Assembly: GCA_002269645.1 (NCBI GenBank)
Contig: NIVC01000577.1
Location: 1 to 64,000 of the forward strand
Reading direction: 5' to 3'
DNA length: 64,000 bases
Source of the DNA: Macrostomum lignano
Taxonomy: Eukaryota
The notes under the pieces are model-generated. The model was not told where the DNA came from, searched no databases, and saw only the letters and a program-made list of their open reading frames with translations. Numbering within the stretch: the stretch's first letter is position 1; every line of letters starts with the position of its first letter. A program made the position numbers and the translations under genes. Below, piece after piece: positions 23,060 through 39,319 of the stretch.

Positions 23060-25277
23060 ATGGACAGACACTGGGACAGACATAGGTACAGCACTGGGAC
23101 AGACACTGGGACAGACACTGGGACAGACACTAGGACAGACACTGGGACAGACATAGGTACAGCACTGGGACAGACACTGGGATAGACACTGAGACAGACA
23201 CTGGGACAGACACTAGGACAAACACTCAGAGACACTGGGACAGACACTGAGACAGACATAGGGACAGCACTGGGACAGACCCTGGGACAGACATAGGGAC
23301 AGCACTGGGACAGGCACTGGGACAGACACTGGGACAGACACTGGGACAGACACTGGGACAAACACTCAGAGACACTGGGACAGACACTGGGACAGACACT
23401 GGGACAGACACTAGGACAGACACTGAGACAGACACTGGGACAGACACTGGGACAGACACTAGGACAGACACTGAGACAGACACTGGGACAGACACTGGGA
23501 CAGACACTAGGACAGACACTGGGACAGACACTGGGACAGACACTAGGACAGACACTGGGACAGACACTGGGACAGACACTAGGACAGACACTGAGACAGC
23601 ACTGGGGCAGACACTGGGACAGACACTGGGACAGACACTGGGACAGACACTGGGACAGACACTGGGACAGACACTAGGACAGACACTGGGACAGACACTG
23701 GGACAGACACTGGGACAGACACTGGGACAGACACTGGGACAGACACTGGGACAGACACTGGGACAGACACTGGGACAAACACTGGGACAAACACTGGGAC
23801 AGACACTGGGACAGACACTGGGACAGACACTGGGACAGACACTGGGACAGACACTGGGACAGACACTGGGACAGACACTGGGACAGACACTGGGACAGAC
23901 ACTGGGACAGACACTGGGACAGACACTGGGACAGACACTAGAACAGACACTAGGACAAACACTCAGAGACACTGGGACAGACACTGAGACAGACACTAGG
24001 ACAGACAACTGGGACAGACACTGGGACAAACACTCAGAGACACTGGGACAGACACTGGGACAGACACTGGGATAGACACTGGGACACACACTGGGACAGA
24101 CACTGGGACAGACACTGGGACAGACACTAGGACAGACACTAGGACAAACACTCAGAGACACTGGGACAGACACTAGGACAGACACTGGGACAGACACTGG
24201 GACAGACACTGGGACAGACACTGGGACAGACACTGGGACAGACACTGGGACAGACACTGGGACAGACACTGGGACAGACACTGGGACAGACACTGGGACA
24301 GACACTAGGACAGACACTAGGACAAACACTCAGAGACACTGGGACAGACACTGAGACAGACACTAGGACAGACAACTGGGACAGACACTGGGACAAACAC
24401 TCAGAGACACTGGGACAGACACTGGGACAGACACTGGGACAGACACTGGGACAGAAACTGGGACAGACACTGGGACAGACACTAGGACAGACACTGAGAC
24501 AGACACTGGGACAGACACTGGGACAGACACTGGGACAGACACTGGGACAGACACTGGGACAGACACTGGGACAGACACTAGGACAGACACTAGGACAAGC
24601 ACTCGGAGACACTGGGACAGACACTGGGACAGACACTAGGACAGACAACTGGGACAGACACTGGGACAAACACTCAGAGACACTGGGACAGACACTGGGA
24701 CAGACAGTGGGACAGACACTGGGACAGACACTGGGACAGACACTGAGACAGACACTGGGACAGACACTGAGACAGACACTGGGACAGACACTGGGACAGA
24801 CACTGGGACAGACACTGGGACAGACACTGGGACAGACACTGGGACAGACAATGGGACAGACACTAGGACAGACACTGGGACAGACACTGGGACAGACACT
24901 GGGACAGACACTGGGACAGACACTGGGACAGACACTGGGACAGACACTGGGACAGACACTAGGACAGACACTAGGACAGACACTAGGACAAGCACTCAGA
25001 GACACTGGGACAGACATTGGGACAGACACTAGGACAGACAACTGGGACAGACACTGGGACAAACACTCAGAGACACTGGGACAGACACTGGGACAGACAG
25101 TGGGACAGACAGTGGGACAGACACTGGGACAGACACTGGGACAGACACTGGGACAGACACTGGGACAGACAACTGGGACAGACACTGGGACAACCACTCA
25201 GAGACACTGGGACAGACAGTGGGACAGACACTGGGACAGACACTGGGACAGACACTGGGACAGACACTGAGACAGAC
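23060..25277. repeat. Intronic minisatellite, 12-bp unit CTGGGACAGACA, about 185 copies with higher-order variant modules
   Basis: Read directly; 4-aa periodic ORFs (VCPS, SVPV); ends 31 bp from the Kv donor. Confidence 0.97.
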
Positions 25278-25308
25278 TCGCCATCACCCCCAGCCCACAG
25301 CAACTCAC

Positions 25309-26056
25309 CAGACACCGCGGCAATCGATCCCACGATGAAGCCGGGACCGCCCTTCGGCACAATGTCGCCGTAGCCCACCGTGGTGAGGGTGATGATGCTC
25401 CACCAGAATGCCTCGGGAATGTCGCTGAACGTGTCAATCTGCCTGTACTCGGCCATGTACACCATGGAGCTGAACAGGAACATGCCGTTCATCAGTAGGA
25501 AGCCCAGCAGCACCAGCTCCGGGATGGACTTCTTCACCGTCAGCATCAGCACCCGCAGACCCCGACTAATTTTGCTAATCTTGAACACACGAAGTATTCT
25601 CAAGGCCTGAGACATTGATAGGACGTTGAGCCACCAAAGGGTCACGCCGGGTGGGTCGGCGGACCACTGCTGAAGCTCCTCCGCGTCCGGTCTGTAGTAG
25701 TAGAAGAAGAACAGGGACACGTAGATCCAGTAGGAGCCCAGGATGATGATGTCCATGATGGAGATCGGCGACTTCAAGAATTTCGTCTTGTCCGGGGACA
25801 CAACCAGTTTGATGAAGAACTCAAAAGTGAACACGGCGTTCAGCGTGATGTCCACGATTACGAGGCCCTGCAGCGGCTCGGTCTCGCAGTCCTTGCGCAC
25901 CTTTGAGTTCATGGAGCGAAGCTCGTCCCGACAGATCCCGGTGGTGCCGTTGTTCCAGGCCACCTTGGAGCTGGGCGACCTGAAGGCCAGGTGCGTCTGC
26001 AGGCAGTAGCACATCACGCTGCAGATCATCAGCAGGAGCAGCAGCATCGCCCACAG
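25309..26056 (-). CDS. Kv (Shaw-like) coding exon 2: S1-S5, pore and start of S6
   Basis: LRILRVFKISK (S4) and AFWWSIITLTTVGYGDIVP (K+ selectivity filter). CAG acceptor at 26057, GTGAGT donor at 25308, 748 nt, phase 0/1. Confidence 0.95.
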
Positions 26057-26089
26057 CTGCGGGAGAAAGATGGGCTCGTTAAATTTAAC

Positions 26090-28352
<2,263 letters not shown>

Positions 28353-28399
28353 AGCTATCTCTCTCTCCCTCTCTCTCCCTCTCCCCCTCTCTCTCTCTC

Positions 28400-28430
<31 letters not shown>

Positions 28431-28914
28431 CCAAGAATCCAAAAGTCTGTTAGCACAAATTTGTTTCAGTTTTCCCAACTCAAAGTTCCGGCCTAAGAAC
28501 TGTCGAGTTCCCGGCTTTCATCCCTCATGGACCTGTTTCTTATCTTAACGTCGAAGTTTATTCCCGTATTCTCTTTTGTCAAGCGATTCAGTTAATTTGC
28601 TGCTACTAAAAGCAGAATCGAACTTTTTGTTGGCGAGGATTTCTGGCTAGAAAGAGAGAATCGATGCAGCTGGCGGAGTCTGAGGCTGCGGGGATCCGCC
28701 GCGGGCTGGCATCGGAAAGCGATACTGTATAATTACGGAGCGAACTCTGCATCTAAGATTGCCTGTTTGAACAGTATTAAAATTTCTTGTTTTACTTCAA
28801 GCACTCAGGAGAATTCATGGAGACCTAAAAGCAGCACCTGGAGATGAAACTTATCACGCTCATACTTTGAAATTCAGAATAAATTTACCGTGTTTGAGCA
28901 TCCTGGGATTCAGA

Positions 28915-29230
28915 GGTCTGTGGGTTTTAGCCCAGTGGTTAGAGCGTCGGACTCGCGACTTAAAGGTCGGGGGTTCGATTCTCAACCCATTTGGAACAAT
29001 TTGTGCCCTTGAGCAAGACACTGTAACTCTGCATTGCTTCAGTTCACCCAGCTGTAAAATGGGTGCCAGCATTAGCTGGGGTAATTGAGGCTGTGTGTGG
29101 TGACCCCCCCCCTGTCCTTGGACTGAACAGCCGTACGCAGCCTTCAGATGCGCCGCGCAATAGCTGCGGCTGAGCTGTCGGTTGCACATCTGCCCAATAA
29201 GGCAGGTGTAATCAATTGTTATTAGTATTG
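28915..29230 (+). mobile_element. tRNA-derived SINE with a CORE domain
   Basis: A box TAGCCCAGTGG (28928) and B box GGTTCGATTC (28972). TGTGCCCTTGAGCAAGACAC...CAGCTGTAAAATGGG (29002-29063) resembles the MIR CORE (GTGACCTTGGGCAAG...CATCTGTAAAATGGG). Ends in an AT-rich TATTAG/TATT tail. Confidence 0.82.
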
Positions 29231-29826
29231 AGCAGGAAATCGTAGGATTCCAGGTAATAACTAAGGAGAGTTTAGTCAGTTTAGAGTGACTCCAACCTTA
29301 CAAAAAAGCTGAAATACAACAGTCAGTCCTTCGGCCTTTAGAGAGGAACCGGCTTCTCAGTCTCCTTTCCTCAGGCCCGTTGAGTCAATACACTTGCGTG
29401 CGCTAAAGCACTGCTTGGGGTGGATGGCACAATGGAAGCAGACGTCAATCTCAATAATATATTCAAGGGCCGAGCCACTTGAGCTTGCAGACTTTGAGAA
29501 AGCCACGAGGGTTCCTGCAGCCCTTTCTTCCAATGAGAGTGAATAAGTGAAAGCGAGAACCCAGCCTCCCTACTCCATCGTGGCCACCGCTACTCACTTC
29601 GAGTCGCGGACTTAATTAACCGCCCAGCAACAGATGTGGGGAAGCCGAATCATTTGGACTTTTTCAGCCTGTCTATCCGGATTCTTAGCCGTAGACTGTC
29701 TGATGAGAACAGACAGGCAGGGACGTGGATAAGACTGAGAGTGGCGGACAGCTGTCAGGAATTACGAGCTGGTTAATAATAATTACACGAGCAATCAACT
29801 TCTTGCGTGCCTCACATCCGGTGCTA

Positions 29827-30050
29827 GCGTCTCTTACATCCGGTGTTAGCGTCTCTTACATCCGGTGTTAGCGTCACCTATACATCCGGTGTTAGCGTCA
29901 CCTATACATCCGGTGTTAGCGTCACCTATACATCCGGTGTTAGCGTCACCTATACATCTGGTGTTAGCGTCACCTATACATCCGGTGTTAGCGTCACCTA
30001 TACATCCGGTGTTAGCGTCACCTATACATCCGGTGTTAGCGTCTCTTACA
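29827..30050. repeat. Minisatellite, 24-bp unit CATCCGGTGTTAGCGTCACCTATA, about 9 copies
   Basis: Read directly; 8-aa periodic ORF (SGVSVTYT). Confidence 0.95.
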
Positions 30051-30819
30051 CTCCGTTTTAGAGTCAAAGTACATTCCAGTCTGTTTTGACGTCAATCAGT
30101 CTTACTTTGAAGCCACATTTACTATATGAAATGGGTTCCTAATTAAATTAATCGGACTCTCGTGTGACGTCGTTAATTCGGAAATTTTTTTTCATTTCGT
30201 ATTAATTTATTCAATATGCGATTTAAATAAATTCAGCTTTAGAATGAAAAGTGAGGCTTAGATCAGCGAGCGACGGTGCCCCAACCGCCCACGTCGGGTG
30301 GTGGGGGATGAAAATTCAATTCATTTTTTAACGAACCTCTTCTTTTATTTAAAATTCTTTCTTTAGCTACTGGCTCTGCATGGCTGATGCAGTCTGCTAA
30401 GTTAATTGGCATGCGGATTGCGATCTTCCCCAGGGAATGGTGAATAATCTGCTGAACACGTGAATTGGAACTATATTCGAGTTATAGATGAATTTTGAAG
30501 CACCTGGCGCCGAAAGGAAACAAACTCCATTAGGATGGGGATTTTAAGCTGTCTAGGAAGGGAACAGGGCATTTGAGCTGCACTTGGGGCTGGGAATTGA
30601 GCACAGGGATTCTGGCCGGTTAATTGAAAACTCCGTTCTGCAGGCTAATTGGATCTGAAGTTCCTGGAAACGGGAGGTGAGGAAGGCTGAGCAGGGTAGA
30701 GCAGGCCAGGAAGATGGGGAATTAAAATACAAATAGAGGAGGCTGAGACAGATGAAAGTGAAGGGAAGGAGCAGCTTGAGAGGTTAGATATGACAGGGAT
30801 AGAAAGGAGATTAGACAGA

Positions 30820-31395
30820 GATAGAGGGGAGATTAAAAGGGATAGAAAGGAGATTAGACAGGGATAGAGACGAGATTACAGAGATAGAGAGGAGATTAGA
30901 CAGGGATAGAGAGGAGATTAGACAGGGATAGAGAGGAGATTAGACAGGGATAGAGAAGGGATTAGACAGGGATAGAGAGGAGATTACAGAGATAGAGAGG
31001 AGATTAGACAGGGATAGAGACGAGATTAGACAGGGATAGAGAAGGGATTAGACAGGGATAGAGAAAGGATTAGACAGGGATAGAGAAAGGATTAGACAGG
31101 GATAGAGAAAGGATTAGACAGGGATAGAGAAAGGATTAGACAGGGATAGAGAAAGGATTAGACAGGGATAGAGAAAGGATTAGACAGGGATAGAGACGAG
31201 ATTAGACAGGGATAGAGAAGGGATTAGACAGGGATAGAGAGGAGATTAGATATGGATAGAGAAGGGATTAGACAGGGATAGAGAAGGGATTAGACAGGGA
31301 TAGAGAGGAGATTAGATATGGATAGAGAAGGGATTAGACAGGGATAGAGAGGAGATTCGACAGTGATAGAGGAAAGATCAGGCGGATAGAGGAGA
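30820..31395. repeat. Minisatellite, 22-bp unit GATTAGACAGGGATAGAGAGGA (array 1, about 25 copies)
   Basis: Read directly. Confidence 0.95.
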
Positions 31396-32019
31396 TGAGA
31401 CAGCCAAGCATAAAAACAAGTTCTGCAGAGCAGATGCATGCAGATGTGGATATTTGTGGCGCTATCATACTAAGAAAGCTAGCATCAGACAGTTCAGACA
31501 CTTATGAGTACTTCAGTCAGTCAGCATCAGCATACAATGCATTACTGCTTCGTAATCTTATTTGCGTCAATAACTGTACACCCATCAGAGCAATTGATTT
31601 GCCTCATTGATAATCAATATGGAACTGAAGCAGACGGTCAACCAGACAGTCAAATTAACATGTGAGCCAAGCGAGAAACTATAGGAGGCCTGCCAAATTC
31701 AGTCAGGATCAACTGAACTTCCCATAGCAACTATATTTGAGTTCAGCTGCAAGAACTGCATGAAATCGCTTCCGTCTGGCTGGCCTGATGTCCTTTAGGG
31801 CTTTTCGGTCTGCTGATTTGCGATGTATCCTTGGTGTTTACTTATTCTATGCTTGATAATGATATTGTACGCTAATATTCTGTAAGCAGGTGCTTCCAGT
31901 CATCTCACAATTTTCATCTCTCAAAACCTCTTCTACTACTCAAAATCTTACATGTATATCCCTCTACATCAGAATCAGTGGTATCTCATTGATCCCCACA
32001 ATTGGTGATATCTCAGTAT

Positions 32020-32385
32020 CAGTGATCCCCCAGTATCAGTGATCCCCCAGAATCAGTGATCCCCCAGAATCAGTGATCCCCCAGAATCAGTGATCCCCCA
32101 GAATCAGTGATCCCCCAGAAATCCCCCAGAATCAGTGATGATTCCCCAGAATCTGTGATCCCCCAGAATCAGTGATGATTCCCCAGAATCAGTGATCCCC
32201 CCAGAATCAGTGATACCCCACAATTGGTGATCCCCCAGAATCAGTGACCCCCCAGAATCAGTGATACCCCACAATTGGTGATCCCCCAGAATCAGTGACC
32301 CCCCAGAATCAGTGACCCCCAGAGTCAGTGATCCCCCAGAATCAGTGATCCCCCAGATTCAGTGATGATTCTCCAGAATCAGTGA
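32020..32385. repeat. Minisatellite, about 18-bp unit CAGAATCAGTGATCCCCC, about 20 copies
   Basis: Read directly. Confidence 0.93.
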
Positions 32386-33194
32386 TCCCACCAGAAGCTT
32401 CAGCCATCACATGTGACAGCAGTCCACACTGCGGGCGCTTCCCAATGCCGGTCCTCATCGCAGCAAAGATTTATGAAAGCTTCGGTTTGTTTAGCAGCAA
32501 GCCGGCCAGTCTGAAAGCTTCAATCCGCAGCCGGATATTTGAATTGCCAAACAGCCGACAGTGGAGCGAGGCCTGATAAGATATTCGGTGGGGTTGTCAG
32601 TATCTGTGAAGCCATAGCAACCCAGTCTGGACTCCCAAGTCCCTCCTCAGATAGGTGAGGCGGAATAAGTCGTCATATATATTTAGAAATGATTTGTTTT
32701 ACCAGCCTCAAAGTATATGGCTAGCGCCTGAGACAGCCGAAAGAGGGATTTGCGCTTTTCCCCCAGATAAATTCGGGGTGGGATTTCTGCGCGCTAAGCC
32801 GGTGAAATCCTCATCTTCCTAGCATGCCCGATCGGGACTGACAGGTGACAGACAGGCCTTAGAGCCGACCCTATGCGTGCAAGGACGCTTTATAACATCT
32901 GGATTTTAGTAATCCCTGTACGCGTGTTTAAACCAATCCGCCTACAGCTTTTTCGAGGACATCCGAGACGAGAATGGAAATGATTTTCCAGTTGAAAGTT
33001 TGTTGAGCTCCTGCATTTTCAGAAGCGTCAAGCGACACGAAAAAGTTTCATCGCGTACTATTTTGTGTTGTTTCTGTCAGCACGAGTGAAATTAGGGACT
33101 TAGGGAGGAGACAGGAAGAAGCCATAAAGATAGAGATTTGAAAGAGATCTAAAATACGATTCAGGCCGAGATAATTAATGAGATAAGACAGAGA

Positions 33195-34240
33195 TAGAAG
33201 GTAGATTAGACAGGGATAGAGAAGAGAATAGACAGGGATAGGGAAGATATTAGACAGGGATTAGATAGACGATTAGACAGGGATAGAGGGTAGATTAGAC
33301 AGGGATAGAGAGGAGATTAGACAGGGATAGAGAGGAGATTAGACAGGGATAGAGAGGAGATTAGACAGGGATAGAGAGGAGATTCAGTAGGAGAGGAGAG
33401 GAGATTAGACAGGGATAGAGAGGAGGTTAAACAGGGATAGAGAGGAGATTAAACAGAGACAGAGAGGAGATTAAACAGGGATAGAGAGGAGATTAAACAG
33501 GGATAGAGAGGAGATTAGACAGGGATAGAGAGGAGATTAGACAGGGATAGAGAGGAGATTAGACAGGGATAGAGAGGAGATTAGACAGGGATAGATAGGA
33601 GATTAGACAGGGATAGAGAGGAGATTAAACAGAGATAGAGAGGAGATTAGACAGGGATAGAGAGGAGATTAAACAGAGATAGAGAGGAGATTAGACAGGG
33701 ATAGAGAGGAGATTAAACAGAGATAGAGAGGAGATTAGACAGGGATAGAGAGGAGATTAGACAGGGATAGAGAGGAGATTAGACAGGGATAGAGAGGAGA
33801 TTAGACAGGGATAGAGAGGAGATTAAACAGAGATAGAGAGTAGATTAGACAGGGATAGAGAGGAGATTAGACAGGGATAGAGAGGAGATTAGACAGGGAT
33901 AGAGAGGAGATTAGACAGGGATAGACAGGAGATTCAGTAGGAGAGGAGAGGAGATTAAACAGAGATAGAGAGGAGATTAGACAGGGATAGAGAGGAGATT
34001 CAGTAGGAGAGGAGAGGAGATTAAACAGAGATAGAGAGGAGATTAGACAGGGATAGAGAGGAGATTAGACAGGGATAGAGAGGAGATTAGACAGGGATAG
34101 AGAGGAGATTAGACAGGGATAGAGAGGAGATTAGACAGGGATAGAGAGGAGATTAGACAGGGATAGAGAGGAGATTAGACAGGGATAGAGAGGAGATTAG
34201 ACAGGGATAGAGAGGAGATTAGACAGGGATAGAGAGGAGA
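33195..34240. repeat. Minisatellite, 22-bp unit GATTAGACAGGGATAGAGAGGA (array 2, about 47 copies)
   Basis: Same unit and orientation as 30820-31395. Confidence 0.96.
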
Positions 34241-34786
34241 TAGGGTGTAGTGAAGTGGGATGATTAAAAGTAGGACACAGGGAGGGCAAAGGAGGCAAAT
34301 ATATTTAGCAATGAGTTCAAGAGGTGCAAGAAAGCATTTTTATGTTGAAGTGCTTTCTAGAAATTCGTTTCAGCAGTTATGGATCATTTCTACATTGTGC
34401 TGAGAATGGCCAGCGTATTTTTCAATTGGATAATTTCACACTACCCAGTTACAGCCTCTGCACTCCAGAATTCTTTCTGTTCTGCCAGTCAATGCCCGGT
34501 TAACAGATGTTTGAAATCGGGCAGCCTGGCTGATGAACATTGCGAGGCAGATGTAGCAATGAAAGCCATTTGCTGCATGCTACTTGGACACGAATCTGGG
34601 ACTCCATTAGTGGTTTGTGAATTGGCTGAAGTTGCTAAAACCTTGCATTTAGGCTGTAGCGGATTTGTTGCTAGGGAAGGAATGTCGCTCCTTGCTCGAG
34701 ATTTGCTGGAGTCTGGGTGATAGAAATAGGGCTAATGGGATGCAATATTCCAATTGCCTGCCCCACTGCTTTGTGCTGCTAATAGA

Positions 34787-35740
<954 letters not shown>

Positions 35741-37155
35741 GGTATAGGCTGCTCCGGGATAAACTTTCAGGCAACTTGGCTGATGGCAATGCTTGCAGAT
35801 CTCAACTATCAGGCTAGGCATCCCCTCCCTCCAGACTGCATTCCACTGTTATATCTGAAAATCTACTTTACTCGACCTTTTCGCTCTATAAGCCGGGTCT
35901 CCCACCCCCGTTTTTTTCTTTCTCCGTCCTTTTTCTCTTTCTTTAAAGAAGCAGACGGGAAAGCGGAAAGCCGGAATCCCGCAGCTCAGCCCCCCCAGGG
36001 GGGACAGAGGCTCGGTTTGGATTTCTGGATCGGCCTGAAAGGAAGTGCTGAATACTAAAAGAAAATGACGGAGTCTGCAAGAAACTGAGAGAGCAAGAGA
36101 GCGCGATGGCGAGATTGGGCTGCTCTCTGGCCCGGGCAAGGGAATCTCCTCTTCTTTTTCTGCTGTGATTTGCCTTCCTCTGAATTCCTCAGCTCTCCCT
36201 TTCTCAAGCTCTCCTTGCTGGCCTCGCTGCCAGTCGCAGCCTCTGCAACCCGCCTCTCCCCATCCTCCTTTCCTACGAGTTTCTTCGGCCGACAGTCAAA
36301 TTAATAATAATCAGCGAGTTGGCGGTCCGGATGAAGGCAATTCCTGGCCTCGCCCGACCGCGGGATCCAGCCAGCCAAACTCTCTCTTTCTCTCGTCTCG
36401 TCTTCGATGAGCGCGCTACTCAAATTCGCATTTTATTGTACGCTTATGCATGTAAATTATAGAAGTCTCTCTCAGTCTCGCTTGATGTCTAATCCGGAGA
36501 ATAGAACAATTTTTTCTAAGAAATATCAATATTCTCCGTCTACACGCTGATTAAAAGTCTCTGAAGTTTATTTAGAGACCTCGAGACCAGTCTGTACAAA
36601 GGGTGAAGTTTCACTGTCTCACCTGCCTCTGCTCAAGGCGTGGGGGGGCATTGGCTTCTTGCTCTCCCCAGAAGCTCTCCCCGATCGCTCCTCTCGATCA
36701 ACTTCCTCTCTGAGCGCATCGGTCATGCCTCTTTCGCTCTGGAGTACAGGCGCCTCAATGTTACCTGTGTGCATGCGCCAACTGCACCAAACACATCTCC
36801 AGATCCATCTGCAGCTGAGAGCTTCTAGGACCAACTAAATGCTATGATAGACCAGCTGGCCTCCCGGCACCTCATCATTGTCACTAGCGACTCCAGTGCT
36901 CCCCTCCCGGTTGACGGCCGATGGGCTGCCTTCACCAACGCCTCAGTGTTCTAACAATTTTTCATGGCCCAAAAATGGTCGCAACACCCGCCTCGACTGG
37001 ATTCTCTGCCCAATGTCGCAGAGATCTCGTCTCCGGGCTGTTCGTAACATCATCACCCTGAGATGCGCCCCATCCGCCCGCACTCTCCGGTGCTGCAGAC
37101 TCGGTTCTTCGCAACTATCACAAATCACAACTTCAGGTACAATAGTAAAACTCAC

Positions 37156-37623
37156 CTTAGCCGGCAATGAAGAGGTTGGATAGTCCAGAAACAGCCACAT
37201 CCGGTAGCGCAGTCTCCGGAAACCTCTGCTGCAGCGCACCAGCGACTGCATCGGCTCGATGTCCTCGAAGCAGTCCTTGAACAGCGTGTTCTTCGTCCGC
37301 TTCTCCTCGTCGAATCGCACGTAGTGCGGCAGGCAGCAGGGCCCGATGCTGGCCTCGTGGATGCCCCAGAAGATGAGCTCCTTGCGCACGAACGGGCCGC
37401 AGATATTTGTCGGCAGGTGCAATTCTCCGGTGCGATAGAAGTCTAGGATGAAGCGGAACACCTCAGGGTCCCGGTCGAAATAGTACGCGTCCTTCTGCAT
37501 CTCGTCGGCCGCGATCTGGTTGTACAGGCGTGTGTTGGGAAACCGGTACAGGGTGGCGCGTCGGGTGACGAAGTTGGCGCCACCAACCGTGATGGTGACG
37601 GTGTCGGCTGGGTTCACGGCCAT
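37156..37623 (-). CDS. Kv (Shaw/Kv3-like) coding exon 1: T1/BTB tetramerisation domain
   Basis: ATG at 37623. YYFDRDPEVFRFILDFYRTGELHLPTNICGP...FWGI...PCC contains the HX5CX20CC zinc motif of non-Shaker Kv channels. GTGAG donor at 37155, phase 0, joins SSLPAK to LWAMLLL (S1). Confidence 0.93.
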
Positions 37624-37994
37624 TTTTAGCTCGAATTAGTTTAGCTATTAATAGTTTAACTATCTACCAGTGAATAAATTTTAGTGAAATTCGTGCTCTG
37701 CTACCGGAGAGATTTGGCGGGAATAGTTCAGACAGAGATCCTCCTCTGTAGTTAGTTAGTTAGTTAGCCAGGGATGAAATTTTCTGAGGATCTGAGGATA
37801 TCAGTAAAGTCGCGCAGCGATTGGCTGGTGGTCGGGATGGACCCCCCCTCTCCAATGCTTTCAGTGCTTGCTGACTTGGTTGTATATGAGCAGGTGAAAG
37901 CTATAGATGTATATGGCTACAGCTAGTCAGAGTTTCGTCACGGAATATTAAACCAAGCGCCTGGAATGGCAGATAGCAGTTCTCTTATAAGTGA

Positions 37995-38670
37995 CACTCG
38001 TGACACCCAGAGTGACTCACCTGACACCCAGAGTGACACACCTGACAACCAGAGTGACACACCTGACAACTAGAGTGACACTCCTGGCACCCAGAGTGAC
38101 ACACCTGACAACCAAAGTGACCCACCTGACAACTAGAGTGACACTCCTGACAACCAGAGGGACACTCCTGACACCCAGAGTGACACACGTGCCAACTAGA
38201 GAACACTCCTGACACCCAGTGACACACGTGCCAACTAGAGTAACACTCCTGACACCCTGAGTGACACTCCTGGCACCCAGAGTGACACACCTGACAACCA
38301 TAGTGACACACCTAACAACTAGAGTGACACACCTGACAACCAGAGTGACACACCTGACAACCAGAGTGACACTGCTGACAACCAGAGGGACACTCCTGAC
38401 ACCCAGAGTGACACACCTGACAACCAGAGTGACACACATGACAACTAGAGTGACACTCCTGGCACCCAGAGTGACACACCTGACAACTAGAGTGACACTG
38501 CTGACAACCAGAGGGACACTCCTGACACCCAGAGTGACACTCCTGACACCCAGAGTAACACACATGACAACCAGAGTGACACACCTGACACCCAGAGTGA
38601 CACTCCTGACAACCAGAGTGACACACCTGACACCCAGAGTGACACACCTGACACCCAGCGTAACCCCTGA
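37995..38670. repeat. Minisatellite, 21-bp unit CCTGACACCCAGAGTGACACA, about 32 copies
   Basis: Read directly; about 370 bp upstream of the Kv ATG. Confidence 0.95.
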
Positions 38671-39319
38671 CACTCAAATGTAACTCCCTCACGATGCGCA
38701 AGCCAGCAATCCATTTCTGGGTTTCCAATCCGAACTCTGGGTCCCTTGCAGTCCATGGTGAAGACACAGAGCGATCACCTATAAGCGATCCCGAAGCCCG
38801 GCCCGTAGGGAATCAAATTTTCAACCCTACTTACGCTGGCAAAAGTTGTTTAATTGCCCTGAGGGCGCGTCCACCATGGGCGAGTGACCCTGCCTCAGCC
38901 AGCCCCGGGGGCTGTCGCCGGGGGGGGGTCTTGAGCTAGACCAAGCTCACCGACATGGGGGATGGAAGGCTATTGAACGATTTTTTAGTGCTAGCTTTTG
39001 AGCACTGCCACCCACAGCTTAGGGAATTTGGAACATAAACATGGACTGAACTGCCTGCATCTGAGTACTTTACTAGCGTCTCGCTTCACTGCTTGAGAAA
39101 ACCTACCCCCCCCCCCATTGCCGGACCTTCCAAGTTTCACTTTTCCCACAACCTGCCCGCATGAGCCACGTCCCCAAAACTTCCAAATGAAATAAAATCT
39201 CCCCTTTTTTCAGGCGGACTTAACACTTGAACTGTGCCTTGCAATTTCTCATTTTTGCAGTTCCAGTCATTTTTCTACTTTTATTCATTCGGCAAAATTT
39301 GGTGGCTACTTTTCCGCCT

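Noticed and set aside
28920-28990. Functional tRNA gene
   Set aside because: A and B boxes are present, but I could not form a proper acceptor stem, and the sequence runs directly into a CORE domain, so it is a SINE head.
29694-29720. Hammerhead ribozyme-like CTGATGAG
   Set aside because: No stem II followed by GAAA; it is only a short CTGTCT/AGACAG hairpin. CTGATGA at about 40494 likewise lacks the core geometry.
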